Below are positions 25,546 through 38,899 of a stretch of 64,000 nucleotides of DNA, in pieces (position 1 is the first letter of the stretch; each line of letters starts with the position of its first letter). A model generated the notes under the pieces. That model had not been told where the DNA came from. It saw only the letters and a program-made list of their open reading frames with translations, and made no database searches. This DNA comes from Octopus sinensis (Eukaryota). The translations under genes were made by a program, and so were the position numbers. The DNA lies in assembly GCF_006345805.1 (NCBI RefSeq), contig NC_043011.1, forward strand, positions 42,668,464 to 42,732,463, in the 5' to 3' direction.

Positions 25546-25993
25546 AAAGAGAGAAGAATCATCCCAGTGCTGAACTCTTTATTTATCGACAATGAAAGAA
25601 AGGCAAAGTTGATTTTTGCTGAATTTGAACTCAGAACATAGAGAACCTGAACAAATATGGAGTCTGGTTAATTCGCTGCCTTTGGCTTTCATTTATTTTC
25701 AATGCGAAACTCATTGCAGGATTAGAAATCAACGTTTCATGTAGATTAAACACTCGCCCATTTCATCATACTCTTGTTGAAACGGCAAAAAAATGTCTGT
25801 CAAAGGGAAACTTTTACCCTTTAGTGGGTGCGACTATATACGAAGAATAAACGCTTTGCTCGTAGGTGCAATACAATACTGTTGATAGCAAATGAACAAA
25901 GTACTATGTGGGCCTGTTTATATTTGCATGTGTGTATATAGTTGCATTTGAGCATGTATACGTACGTACATTGTATACATGTCTATCTGTCTG

Positions 25994-26052
<59 letters not shown>

Positions 26053-26182
26053 CCCCTCTCTCTTTCTCTCTCTCTCGCTAATATATATATATATATTATA
26101 TATATATATATGTGTGTGTGTGTGTGGTGTGTGTTTGCATATATATATGTATGTATGTATGTATATATATTATATATATATA

Positions 26183-26240
26183 AACGCGGTGGCATCAGCA
26201 TAGCCGCCAGCTCTGAGTTGAAACTACGGAAAAATCCAAG
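26183..26240 (+). mobile_element. CR1 3'-tail fragment
   Basis: Similar to 50291-50345 (GCATCAGCAT.GC.GC.AGCTCTGAG.TG.AACTAC). Confidence 0.6.
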
Positions 26241-26272
26241 TATGTATTTATGTATGCAAGTATACATTCATG

Positions 26273-26360
<88 letters not shown>

Positions 26361-26579
26361 ACATATGTACCCACGTATGTATATATGTATGTATGTATGT
26401 ATGTATGTGCAGATTTGTATGTTTTATGCATCGAGTTACATATCTAGACATGCTCATATATATTTAAATGATAAACTTATGGAAAGTTTTAGATTTTTAC
26501 AGTTCCAGTGATGGATTGGATCTGTCGCCTTCGAATTAGCTTTCTCTTAGACTCGTGACCGCTCCATCACATTACATTT

Positions 26580-27375
26580 TCAAAAGCTATGCATTTGTAA
26601 TTCAAGACCAGGAAATTGTTACTAAATACCTAATCAACAAAAGAGACAATGAAGTCCTTGGGTTCCAAGATACCACCGTAAATGTAGATTATGTCATATT
26701 TCTGTAGAAGAAATTACACATGTGATGAGCAGCTGTCCAAAAATGTCTTCTAGGTACTACTTCTCTACACGACATGATATTGTCGCAAAGACAATATACA
26801 ATGCCATTAGGAAAAAAGTCTGTCCTGAAATACAGATGGAGAATCCCTCTGTTATTGAATACATGCTCAAATACGAGCTCAAGGAATACTGGTGGAGTAT
26901 TCCCATCAAAACATATGTCATGTGTAGGCATAACAAGCCAGATATTGTTGTTTGGGGCAGACAAAAAGCGTATATACCGTCATAGACGTCAGCTACCCTG
27001 CTGTTGTGAATATCTCTTAGAAAATCAAAGAGAAAGAAAATAACTATGGATAATTGTTTCTAAACCCCCCAGCTTCTATATCTGGATTACAAATTTTACA
27101 TTTATACCAATAATAACTGGAACACTTGGTTTTATAAGTAAATATCAAACTATCAGTCTGGATCAGCTTGGATTTCCAGTAAAAGAAATCAATCAACTGA
27201 TTCGCACATTACGAATACGATCTGTAAGCGGAACAGTAAAACGCTGCAAAACTTTACTCAAGTTTAAAATGTGACATTGTTTTGTTATCTACATTCCAAA
27301 GATGAAGCTTTGTATCTTTGTTAGAAATCAGTTCCTTTCTCAGAGGAAGAATTTAAATGATTAAAGAAGGGATAT
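26580..27375 (+). mobile_element. REL-LINE family B, zinc knuckle + REL + 3' UTR
   Basis: Translates HVMSSCPKMSSRYY..RHDIVAKTIYNAI..EYWWSIPIKT..HNKPDIVVWG..KEKENNYG..SVSGTVKRCKTF. Frameshifted. Confidence 0.85.
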
Positions 27376-27521
27376 GCATACAGAAATACACGCATACTTT
27401 TCCCAAGTTCATCATGTGACATTGCAGCGATGGAGCTTGGTAGCATTGTTAGAAACTAGCTCATTTATTACAGAAACACTTCAAATAGTTAAAAAGCGAA
27501 TAAAAATACATACATGCATAG

Positions 27522-27645
<124 letters not shown>

Positions 27646-27703
27646 ATCTATAATATAATATAAATAATATAATATAATATAATATAATATAATATAATAT
27701 AAT

Positions 27704-27734
<31 letters not shown>

Positions 27735-27736
<2 letters not shown>

Positions 27737-28633
27737 AATTGAGATAGGGGTTGTAATGCAACCCTCCGTGGGATAACATACATTGTTAATGATTGCGATG
27801 CAATTAATTCATTTACTGTATTATATGGGCAAAGGTAAAATGATTTACCACAAATTACTAATACAAGATAAGAAAATGGAGAAATACATCTAAATCAAAT
27901 ATCAATTACCAGATAATACTCAATCACATACTTTATTCAACCACCACATAAGAGACTGTAGGGTTAAATATAAAAGCAGAACAAAACAGTGTACATAAAG
28001 GAATGTACATAAAAATGTGTACATAAAAGAGTAATGTCGTATAATAATTGGAATATATATAAAAGAGAATATAAATATAAGTAAATATAAATATAAGTAT
28101 AGAATACATCTTACAGCTGTTTCGGCCATGTAGATAGGTATGTCTCATTTTACCAATATTAGCCCTTTATGGTTGGTCAATATATAGATATAAATGAGAC
28201 ATTTACAAAAATATCATAAGGCCTCTTCGGAGATTATGTAATAAAATCAGTCTACATATATACCCACATGGGTGTGGGTGCATACCCATAATACAACATA
28301 TACATATGAGTGCATATATTCACACTCTTATACATATAAAAATATAAATATACATAATGATATAAATAAATAATATAAATTAGTAAACATATATATGTGT
28401 TCCACATTCAATGTCTCAGTTTTTCGACTTAATATTGTGATAATAAACATACACAAATTAGTACCTACATGCAAATATACATAGTCAATTGTACATTATA
28501 TTACTTCATAATAATTTCTAAAGTGTCATTAAAATTAGCATCATTCTTACGTGGTGGTTTAATAAAGTATGTGATTGAGTATTATCTTGGTAATTGATAT
28601 TTGATTTAGATGTATTTCTCCATTTTCTTATCT

Positions 28634-28640
<7 letters not shown>
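27735..28640. mobile_element. Penelope-like pseudo-LTR remnants with inverted arms (27861-27953 / 28545-28638)
   Basis: About 93-bp inverted repeat seen directly. Internal ACAGCTGTTTCGGCC..GGCCTCTTCGG hammerhead signature. Confidence 0.7.
28108..28234 (-). ncRNA. Hammerhead-like motif with ~90-nt insertion in stem II
   Basis: Reverse strand: AUCU-CCGAAGA-GGCC..~90 nt..GGCC-GAAAC-AGCU-GUA-AGAU. Confidence 0.6.
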
Positions 28641-28689
<49 letters not shown>

Positions 28690-28712
28690 ATGTTACAATT
28701 ACTCGGTAGTCA

Positions 28713-28775
28713 AGATAAAACTCTGAGTTTCAGATGCCGAAGTGGAAATCCACAACACCATCTCTTCGGTTATCT
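28713..28775 (-). ncRNA. Hammerhead-like motif, type I
   Basis: Reverse strand: AGAUAA-CCGAAGA-GAUG..GUGGA-UU-UCCAC..CAUC-U-GAAAC-UCA-GAGU-U-UUAUCU. Stem I is a perfect 6 bp. Confidence 0.6.
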
Positions 28776-28935
28776 GGCTATTTGAAAACGTTATGAAAAA
28801 ATACCGTTAAAAATGAAGGGAAATTACTCTGTTATAACTCTGCTTTGCCTGCGTACTTATACCATCGCTCGCATTTTTCGTCATAAAAATTATATAAAAA
28901 TACATAAAAATATATATTTTTTATATATTTTTATG

Positions 28936-28987
<52 letters not shown>

Positions 28988-29295
28988 CATATACACATAT
29001 AAGGGTTCTAGAAAGACTTGGTTTGTGTATGTACGCGTAGCAAAATCATTCCGAAAAAGAGAGCCTTTAAAATCAAACACCCTAATAACTTGTTGCTATC
29101 CTCTTATTGGGAAAATATAGACATTCCTCTGATCTAAAACTTGCACTTCAAATATTTTCCACTTATCTAACTCCTACTTGTCACTGGATACTTAGCGTGG
29201 CAAACATGGCGTACAATCGTATTTCATTATAATCCTTGATTTACAGATGTTTCGTATGAAACCGCCTTCAATTGACAAGATGAAACCGCATGATT

Positions 29296-29390
29296 GTGTA
29301 TGTATGTATGTATGTATGTATGTATGTATGTATGTATGTATGTATGTATGTATGTATGCGTGTATGTATGTATGTATGTATGTTTGTATG

Positions 29391-29421
<31 letters not shown>

Positions 29422-29805
29422 GTATGTATGTATGTATGTATGTATGTATGTATGCCTGTATGTATGTATGTATGTATGTATGTATGTATGCGTGCATGTA
29501 TGTATGTATGTATGTATGTATGTTTGTATGTATGCCTGTATGTATGTATGTCTGTATGTATGTATGTATGTATGTATGCATGTATTTATGTATGTATGTA
29601 TGTATGTATGTATGTATGTATGTATGTATGTATGCGTGCATGTATGTATGTATGTATGTATGTATGTATGTTTGTATGTATGCCTGTATGTATGTATGTA
29701 TGTATGTATGTATGTATGTCTGTATGTATGTATGTATGTATGTATGTATGTATGTATGCATGTATTTATGTATGTATGTATGTATGTATGTATGTATGTA
29801 TATGT
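29296..29805. repeat. (TATG)n array, about 500 bp
   Basis: Seen directly. Confidence 0.97.
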
Positions 29806-29974
29806 GTAGGCATGGAAAGAAGATGGGAATTTGGGTGGATGTCTGAATATATGATTGTATGCTTCTATGAATTCATAAACCTTTGTATCTATTAATATAT
29901 GTTTTCTTTTCCTTTTTAATTTAGAATAAAACTTGATCAGTCACCTACCGGGTAGCAACGTTCTTTTTTTTTCT

Positions 29975-30395
29975 TTTTTTTTAATTGTTTCAGTCATTTG
30001 ACTGCGGCTATACTGGAGCACCGCCTTTAGTCGAACAAATCCGTCCACAGGACTTATTCTTTGTAAGCCTAGTACTTATTCTATCGGTCTATTTTGCCGA
30101 ACCGCTAAGTTACGGGGACGTAAACACACCATCATCGGTTGTCAAGCGATGGTGGGAGGACAAACACAGACACAAACAAACACATATCCACACACGCGCA
30201 CACATACACACATACAAACACACACACGCACATATATACGACGGTCTTCTTTCAGTTTCTGTCTACCAAATCCACTCACAAGGACTTTGGTCGGCCCGAG
30301 ACTATAGTAGAAGACACTTGCCCAAGGTGCCACGCAGTGGAACTGAACCCGGAACCCTGTGGCTGGTAAACAAACTACTTACCACACAGCCACTG
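29975..30395 (-). mobile_element. SINE S2
   Basis: Full head, body and tail on the reverse strand. Confidence 0.88.
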
Positions 30396-30419
30396 TACAG
30401 GAAAGTTTCTTGTTTTATT

Positions 30420-30915
30420 TATCATCTCATAATTCTTAAGAAGATTTTGCAGATTTTTATAGGCCCAGATATCGTGATCATTTGTGTATGAATTAAGGAT
30501 TTTCGATTTCTTCCCAAGAAACCAAGTTCAGCAATACTTTGTTCCAGATGGGTTAGTATGTATACTGTTGCGTCAATAATAATATGCATGAAACTGAAAG
30601 TGTCCTGGATTTGAAAACTCCTTATCAATGGTCCATAGATGTTCTCTTTCTCTTGTATCTTTCTAACCACATTGGAGTCGAGAAAAGAACATAACTTTTC
30701 TTTGTAGATTCACACAACAATATTTAGCCGGTTGTGTTTTAACTTGGTGGTTGTTTTAGCTTTAAGTTCCACCAAAATTCTTTTGACTGATCGGTCTCAG
30801 TATAGTCAACTTCGTCTGTAGGTATTTTCTTTTTATTATCCTGTTCCAGACAGTTCTGGCAACCGCATCATGTCTCATTGCAAGATAATATCTGGAAGAC
30901 ATTCACTCGTAGAAG
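30420..30915 (-). mobile_element. REL-LINE family B fragment
   Basis: Translates MSSRYYLAMRHDAVARTVWNRI..KIQEKENIYGPLIR..QMITISGPIKICKIFLR. The 5' end abuts (CATA)n at 30916. Confidence 0.8.
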
Positions 30916-31033
30916 GTATGTATGTATGTATGTATGTATGTATGTATGTATGTATGTTGTATGTATGTATGTATGTATGTATGTATGTATGTATGTGTGT
31001 GTGTGTGTGTATGCATGCATGCATGTATGTATG

Positions 31034-31067
<34 letters not shown>

Positions 31068-31171
31068 CGTATATATAAAAGTTGGTTGTGTAGCTGGCTT
31101 AATGTACGAATGTATTTATCTATGAATGTGAGTGAGTATGCACAGGTATGCCCATGCAAGCACACACACAC

Positions 31172-31214
<43 letters not shown>

Positions 31215-31553
31215 ACACACACACACAACACACACACACACACACACCACATTTCTGTAAGGAAAGAAGATGTTCTTTCCTAGGGATATATTATCCAAGC
31301 GCACATCAGTTTAATACTATATCGATTGACGATACTGGGAAATTCTGCATGTGTATATGCACAAGTGTTTATCGTTGGTTCTTCTTCAGTTGTTGCTTTA
31401 GAAATTTCCATCTTTTTCTATATAGGAGAAAAAGTTCAAAAATACAAAGAAAACGGACAAAAGTTTAATAATACAAAGAAAATGGAGAATAAGTTTAACA
31501 ATATAAAAGTTTAGCTATAGCCTGTGTATGTATTCTCCGTTTTCTTTGTATCA

Positions 31554-32074
31554 TCTATATATATAAAACTGTAGTTGTGTGAGTGTCTGTCCCCTTCGAT
31601 TTAGATTCCTAACTACTCCCACATTTTGCGGTGCAGTTTAAAAAACCAATTCGGGTATCTTATAGTCGTGATTCATATCGAGCCCGTCTGAGTATTAGCG
31701 CGCGTCTACGATGAGTCTACGATTTAAAAATAATTTAACATCATTTTTTATTCCATTTTAATGCATAATTTTCGTGTGTCGATGGCGGCGGAGTTGGCGT
31801 CCATGGTCACACCTGCACCTGTTGCTTTCTTCCTTCCCCCCTTCTTCCCTCCCTCGTGAAGCTGTGGGGAAGGAGTGTAAGGAAATCAACGTCGTAAAGC
31901 GTTGTCAAGGAGACCAGCGTTCTTTTAGAACAACGACTTCATGGCTTGAAGACACCAAAACAGAAATGGCTAAGAAAGCCCGAATTGGCATATATAAGGG
32001 AAGTAACTCTCTCTAAAAATGCTTATATAATTATTTCCCTTACAAACCCGAGCAACGCCGGGCGATACTGCTAG
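31554..32074 (+). mobile_element. Helitron, long variant (array unit 1)
   Basis: A|TCTATATATATAAAAC start; hairpin + CTAG end. Confidence 0.88.
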
Positions 32075-32469
32075 TTATATATAGTAAGGTTGTGTGTCTG
32101 TCTCCTACGATTTAGATTCCTAACTACTACTCCTCACACCTTTTGCGGTGCAGTTTAACCAAAACCGGGTATCTTATAGTCGTGATTCATATCGAGCCCT
32201 TCTGGGTATTAGCGCGCGTCTCTCCGATGATCTACGATAAAAAAAAAAATTACCATCATTTTTTCCCATTTTAATGCTTTTTCGCTATTATATAAGGGAA
32301 GTAACTCTCTAAAAATGTCTACGATGAGTCAACTAAGATTTAAAAAAAATTACCATCATTTTTTTTCCATTTAAATGCATTTTTTTGCTATTTTTTTTCT
32401 TAAAACTCTCTAAAGATGCTTATATAGTTTTTTCCCTTACAACCAGCAGCGCCGGGCGATAACTGCTAG
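32075..32469 (+). mobile_element. Helitron, short variant (array unit 2)
   Basis: Head-to-tail junction CTAG|TTATATATAGTAAGG; ends in CTAG. Confidence 0.85.
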
Positions 32470-32874
32470 TTATATATAAAAGTAAGGTTGTGTGTCTGTC
32501 TCCTACGATTTAGATTCCTAACTACTCCTAAACACTCCCTTCTGCGGTGCAGTTTAACCAAAACCGGGTATCTTATAGTCGTGATTCATATCGAGCCCTT
32601 CTGGGTATTAGCGCGCGTCTACGATGAGTCTACAATTAAAAAAAAAAATTACCATCATTTTTTTCCCATTTTAATGCATTTTCCTCTATTATATAAGGGA
32701 AGTACTCTCTAAAAATGTCTACATAGTCAACGATTTAAAAAAAATTACCATCATTTTTTTGCTTTTTTCCATTTTTAATGCATTTTGTTTGCTATTTTTT
32801 GGCTATAACTCTCTAAAAATGCTTATATAGTTATTTTCCTTACAAACCCGAGCAACGCCGGGCGATACTGCTAG
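32470..32874 (+). mobile_element. Helitron, short variant (array unit 3)
   Basis: Junction CTAG|TTATATATAAAAGTAAGG; intact hairpin + CTAG. Confidence 0.85.
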
Positions 32875-32889
32875 TTATATATAAATAAA

Positions 32890-33146
32890 TGATGGACTCA
32901 CCTGTCGTTAGACAGTTTATTTGTTTATAGGGATTGTCTATGTACACATAAACTCACTCCCGCCATCAAATCGACGTTACTCGTACAAGTGTAAAGGGTG
33001 CCACATGCCAGATGATGAAATGCGCTGAGCAGCGTGAAATGAAGTGCTTTGCTCAAGAACACAACGCAACGCCCGGTCTGGGAATCGAACCCACAATCTT
33101 ACATTCGTGAGTGCAATACCTTAACCACTGAGCCATAAGCCCTCAC
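32890..33146 (-). mobile_element. tRNA-derived SINE (body S4 + tail T3)
   Basis: Plus strand shows AGCGTGAAATGAAGTGCTTTGCTCAAGAACACAAC..GGAATCGAACC, the reverse complement of the S4 head and body. Confidence 0.7.
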
Positions 33147-33147
33147 A

Positions 33148-33390
33148 GCAGGTACAACGCATATACATATATGCGCATGTCTGCTATTACACGTGTAGAA
33201 GTGCATGTTTTGATTTATATCTGAAAACATATACATATGTTTGTATGTCTCGATGTTCGTGTTATGTTACTGTAGGCTCAACTTCAGGACCGTATTACAA
33301 GTTTTCAAGTGAAATTAGCCACATCCTTACCATGTTCTTCCTGGTTTTGTGAACTTCATATTCACGTGTTTGGCGCTGAGGCATTTAGTT
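33148..33390 (+). repeat. Direct repeat copy 1 (about 240 bp)
   Basis: Aligns by eye with 33942-34188 at roughly 85% identity. Confidence 0.9.
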
Positions 33391-33504
<114 letters not shown>

Positions 33505-33569
33505 ATGTATGCATGTATATATATGTGTGGTGTGTGTGTGTGGTGTGGTGTGTGCGTGCGTGTGTGTAC

Positions 33570-33790
33570 ACGCGCGTGCGTGCGTCTTTGTGCTTGTCCC
33601 CCACACCACTTGATGGTCCTACTGTTGGTTTGTTTACGTCCCCATATTCAGTGGTTCGGGAAAAGAGACTGATAGAATAAGTATCAGGCTAAAAAAAAAA
33701 AAAAGGTGCTGGTGTCTGTTTGTCTGAATAAACCCTTCAGGGTGGTGCCCCAGCATGGACATGAGTGAAATAAATAAAAGATAAAGAAAT
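33570..33790 (+). mobile_element. SINE S2, 3' half
   Basis: Contains TGTCCCCCAC..GATAGAATAAGTA..GGTGCCCCAGCATGG. Confidence 0.7.
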
Positions 33791-33941
33791 AAAAGTTAAG
33801 AGATTTCGTCGACATAACTAAGAACCCCTTTATATGCAAGTTTCACTGATTTTAGTTTTAAAATTATTTATGAATTAAGAAGGGGTCGGTTTCCAATGGA
33901 GAGGGAAAGTTCTTTCATTACAGTTTAGCTATCATCTTGTT

Positions 33942-34188
33942 GGTACAACATATGTACATATATGCGCATGCCTGCTATTACACGTGTAGAAGTGTATGCT
34001 TTGATTTATGTATGAAAACATGTACATATGTTTGTATGTGTAGATGTCTGTGTTATGTTACTGTAGGCTCAACTTCAGGGACGTATTACAAGTTTTCAAG
34101 TGAAATTAGCCGTGTCCTTAATCATGTTCTTCCTGGTTCTGTGAACATCACATCATATTCTCGTGTTTGACGTTGAGGCATTTTAGTT
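33942..34188 (+). repeat. Direct repeat copy 2 (about 240 bp)
   Basis: See copy 1. Confidence 0.9.
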
Positions 34189-34241
34189 AGAAAACCAAAT
34201 GCTCCAATAACCACAGGCAAAGAGTCACAAATTTTAATTTA

Positions 34242-34407
34242 TAATCCGGATGAAGCATCTACAGAGTTCTAATCCGGATAAAGCATCTAAAGAGTTCTAA
34301 TCCGGATGAAGCATCTACAGAGTTCTAATCCGGATGAAGCATACAGAGTTCTAATCCGGATGAAGCATCTACAGAGTTCTAATCCGGTTGAGGCATCTAC
34401 GGAGTTC
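34242..34407. repeat. 28-bp minisatellite, 6 units (TAATCCGGATGAAGCATCTACAGAGTTC)
   Basis: Six contiguous units, one 26 bp long, with no spacers. Confidence 0.95.
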
Positions 34408-34455
34408 TTATTTGTTCAACAGAAATGCTTTCTTTGTCTTTTATGTTTAATATTA

Positions 34456-34596
34456 TAAGGTTGCCCCAAAAGTTCGTAGAAAGTCTTGGAAAATAATGGT
34501 CTTTATTTTGAGGAATAATTTTTGTTGTTTTTGTTAGTACTTGGCGAATAAAAATTCAATTTTCGCAAGTGTTTACAAACTTTTGGGACAACCTAA
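34456..34596. mobile_element. Mariner-type MITE
   Basis: TA|TAAGGTTGCCCCAAAAGTT ... AACTTTTGGGACAACCTAA|TA, imperfect ~30-bp TIRs and TA TSD. Confidence 0.8.
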
Positions 34597-34814
34597 TATA
34601 TTAACATCTGTAGAAAAGTTTACTTCTATATGTTTTCTTTAATCTTTTCTCCACCGTAGATCAATAGATATGGTGTGTTATGCCTAATTAGGAATATTCC
34701 GCCAGTATTCTTATATTCTAAGCTTATCCTTCACTTGGATATCATTGCATATGTGGATCTGTATGCTCTGTTTGCATATCCATGCTTGTGTAGATGCAAT
34801 TGTTTTTATCGTTT

Positions 34815-35095
34815 ACCGTTTGTTTGTTTTTAGTCATTGGACTACGGATTTGCTGGGCCTCCACCTCGAAGGATCTAGTCGAGTATACGGTCCCAGTGCT
34901 TATTTTTAAGTTTGGTACTTATTCTATCGGTCCGTTACGCCGCTAAATTTCTGGAAAGTAAACAATCCAACATCGGTTGCCTAGCGATGAGGGAGGGGCA
35001 AACATAAAGATATATGCGTGCGCAGTAACGATGTGCTTCCGCACAGAATTCGTTTACCTAATTCACTCACAAGGCAATGATGGCCCTGAGCTATG
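34815..35095 (-). mobile_element. SINE S2 (old, partial)
   Basis: Diverged S2 tail and body. Confidence 0.65.
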
Positions 35096-35096
35096 C

Positions 35097-35302
35097 ACTT
35101 TTACTCTGTTACTTGTTTCCGTCATTTGACTGAGGCCCTGCTGGAGCACCGCCTTTATTCGAGCAAATCGACCACAGGACTTATTCTTTGTAAGCCTAGT
35201 ATTTATTCTATCGTTCTCTTTTGCCGAACCTCTAAGTTACGGGGACGCATACATACCAGCATCGGTTGTCAAGCGATTTTGGGGTGGACAAACACAGACA
35301 TA

Positions 35303-35348
<46 letters not shown>

Positions 35349-35570
35349 CATATATACGACGGGCTTCTTTCAGTTTCTGTCTACCAAATCCACTCACAAG
35401 GCTTTGGTCGGCCCGAGGCTATAGTAGAAGACACTTGCCCAAGGTGCCACGTAGTGGGACTGAACCTTGTGGTTCGTAAGCAAGCTACTTTCCACACAGC
35501 CACTCCTACGCCTATAGTAGAAGACACTTATTCAAGGTACTGCGCAGTAGATCTGAACTCGAAACTACAT
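35097..35570 (-). mobile_element. SINE S2 plus a partial extra head
   Basis: Full S2 to about 35505, then a second TATAGTAGAAGACACTT head fragment. Confidence 0.8.
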
Positions 35571-36057
35571 GGTCACCAAATAAGCTTTGTAATCGCACGG
35601 TCATACCTAAATTCCTTAAATGTTTTACATATTTTGACAGTGCATCCGATGGTTTATTACTGTCATCTCTTGATTAGGCGTGTCCTTCTCGGTTTAATGA
35701 AACCCAGCTTCTCAGTTTAATGAAACCCAGCTTCTTCAGTGTCAGTACTGAAGCAGTCACATCTCCACATGTTCCAACAGGGAAAAATCTAAAGCCATGA
35801 GACGCATAGAGCAACAGCAGATTTCTCATAAGTTCTGTATAGATGTTTTCTTTTGTTCCAGATCATTTTGTCTAGTATGTTATGCTTGCATTTCATGGAA
35901 GTTTTGACAGGAATACTACACCACTATTATTTCATATGTTAGAAATAATATCCTGGTTGTTAGTCTAAGATAGATTACACTGGTTATCAATGTAGTTGTC
36001 ACTTTGAAGCTTTCTTAATATATAGCCATGCCTAACCTTTTGCAGATATGTATGTAT

Positions 36058-36345
36058 AATGACCGGTTGCGGTAAATTTGTGCGACCTCTTTTGATGTGC
36101 ATCCCTGGCCAAGCAAAACTTTTGAGAAAGGTTCTTTTCTTCACGAAGAAGAAAAAAAAAAGAAAGAAAATGGAATATATCGTTTTTAATTTTCAAAAGA
36201 AATCAGATTTGATAATTGTGAAATTTCGAGTTATTTCGTGCTGAAGAGTTCAGAAAGAGGACGAAATGATACAATTCACGGCAACCAGAGACATAAAGGG
36301 TTATATCTCATGAAAAAATGAAAAATTTTCTTAGTGAAATAATCA
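36058..36345. mobile_element. Probable terminal region of a Tc1/mariner-superfamily element
   Basis: TA-adjacent ACCGGTTGCGGTAAATTTG terminus and an AT-rich subterminal tract. Recognised only by resemblance. Confidence 0.35.
36236..36281 (+). ncRNA. Minimal hammerhead-like fold
   Basis: UCGUG-CUGAAGA-GUUC-AGAAAGA-GGAC-GAAA-U(GAUACA)A-U-U-CACGG. Confidence 0.35.
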
Positions 36346-36365
36346 GGCCATTTGAGACATATATA

Positions 36366-36401
<36 letters not shown>

Positions 36402-36694
36402 TGTATGTATGTATGTATGTATGTATGTATGTATGTATGTATGTATGTATGTATGTATGTGTATATGTGTCTGTAGTGTGTGCATGCGTATATGTAAATA
36501 TGTATGCCTGCCTACATGGTTACATATATTTGTATAGGCATATTGAGCTGTGTGTGTGTGTATATATTTTTTTTGTATATGTCCAAATGTATGGATAAGT
36601 ATGTATACATGTATGTATACATGTGCACGACATGCTGTACTGCTTGGCATTCGCGCTGGAAGATCCAATACGAACATTTCAGTGTGTTTGCGTA

Positions 36695-37328
36695 TCGAGG
36701 ACATGTACCGAGAGTGATAAAAATCAAACGTCCAGTCAACACCATGGAGTTTGGAATGATCACTAGTGATGGCGATGTTATTCCCCCATTCATCTTCCCA
36801 CACGACCTCACACGCAACAAGGAAGCCTACATCGATTGCCTGGAGGAGGTAGTGTTGCCCTAGATAAAGATGGTGGCTGCTGGAAGATCCTATATCTGGC
36901 AACAGGACTCTGCATCATGACACACAAGCAGGAGAACCCAGTTGTGGCTCTCAGACAATTTTTTGACCACATCAACCCCAAAATCTACTATCTAACGCCC
37001 CAGATTGAAACTCCCTTGATTATTATGTGTGGGGCGAGTTGAGCGAGAGAAGAACAAAACTCCTTGTTACACCAAAGATGAACTGAAGGCAAGGATTATG
37101 ACAGCATTAACCAACTTAAACTAGGAGACCGTCCAGAAGAGTTGCAGGAGATTTCGAAGTCGTCTGGAGGCTGTAGTTGATGCCCATAGCGATTTTTTTG
37201 AATAAATTTACTCTTTAGTATTTCAAGATATTTTCGTGTAACTTTGGTACGTAAATCTGTTAAAATGAGATGTGAGTGATATTTTCATTTTTGCTTAAAT
37301 CAGACGACAGTTTATTCGCCGCACCCTG
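36695..37328 (+). mobile_element. maT (DD37D) transposon, 3' half with right TIR
   Basis: Translates KRPVNTMEFGMITSDGDVIPPFIFP..WQQDSA..HTSRRTQ..LDYYVWG..RFRSRLEAVV. Ends TTTATTCGCCGCACCCTG|TA. Confidence 0.85.
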
Positions 37329-37384
37329 TATACACACACACACACGTGTGTGTGTGTGTTTGTGTGAGTTTTTGTATGTGTATA

Positions 37385-37436
<52 letters not shown>

Positions 37437-37574
37437 ACATTATATTTTACGATATTTTATATAATATATTCATTGAAGAAATATCTCTTCAAATTAGGAC
37501 ATATTAAACCTTTGTATCTTGGATAAATATCCCTATAAGAAGTTTGAATATCGTCATTGTGATTATAATATATA

Positions 37575-37620
<46 letters not shown>

Positions 37621-37849
37621 GTTGTCAATCACGGAGTAAAAACATAATTGAACAGGCCCATTTTCACTCCAAGCCACACTTTTTTGCGTGTGTGTGTGTG
37701 TGGAGGCGCGCGCGCATGTGCCTGTGTGTGTGTCTGCGTGTGGAGGCGCGCGCGCATGTGTCTGTGTGTGTGCGTGTGTGCGTGTGCGTGTCCGTATGTA
37801 TATCTACATCTATATATATCTGTCTGCATACACCTGCGTACATACATAT

Positions 37850-38320
<471 letters not shown>

Positions 38321-38899
38321 ACACACGTACAATTACATTACATAAACTTCCAAGTCTCTTATATGTTATACTTGCTCAGCCCCACTGCGTTTGTCTGTCT
38401 GTTTGTCGAAGGAGTCTTTGATGGATGTAATATGAATTAAACGAGAGACTCTTTCGCTTCCGGCGGAATATATGTTTTGTTATAGGACTCAAGTCTTGTT
38501 AAAAGTCCTTCTACGCAGCAGTGTCGAAGATAATGAGACTAAAAGAAAAAAAAAAAAAAGATTCCATAAGTAACACACGTTTGATGCTTCGGTTTCATAC
38601 ACCGATGAAGATGTCTTAGCGTGGTGCCCCTTTTTCAGCCATCTGCTTTTCACCTGACGATGTTCCGGGCCATTTCGTTTCCCGCTCGTTTTTCTCTATT
38701 ATTTCAGCTTACACGTGCAGATTGATGGATTTCATACTCGACGGGCAGTCACACGCAGTCACACACACGCGCGCGCACATAAGCATGCAAACAAACACAC
38801 ACACACACGCGACGAGACGAGTGAATGAAGAGAGAAGAAAGCATGTATAAGAAAGTTAGTGACCTTCTATATATATATATATATATATATATTCTATTC

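Noticed and set aside
34242-34407. CRISPR-like repeat
   Set aside because: Units are contiguous with no unique spacers, there are no cas genes, and the context is eukaryotic.
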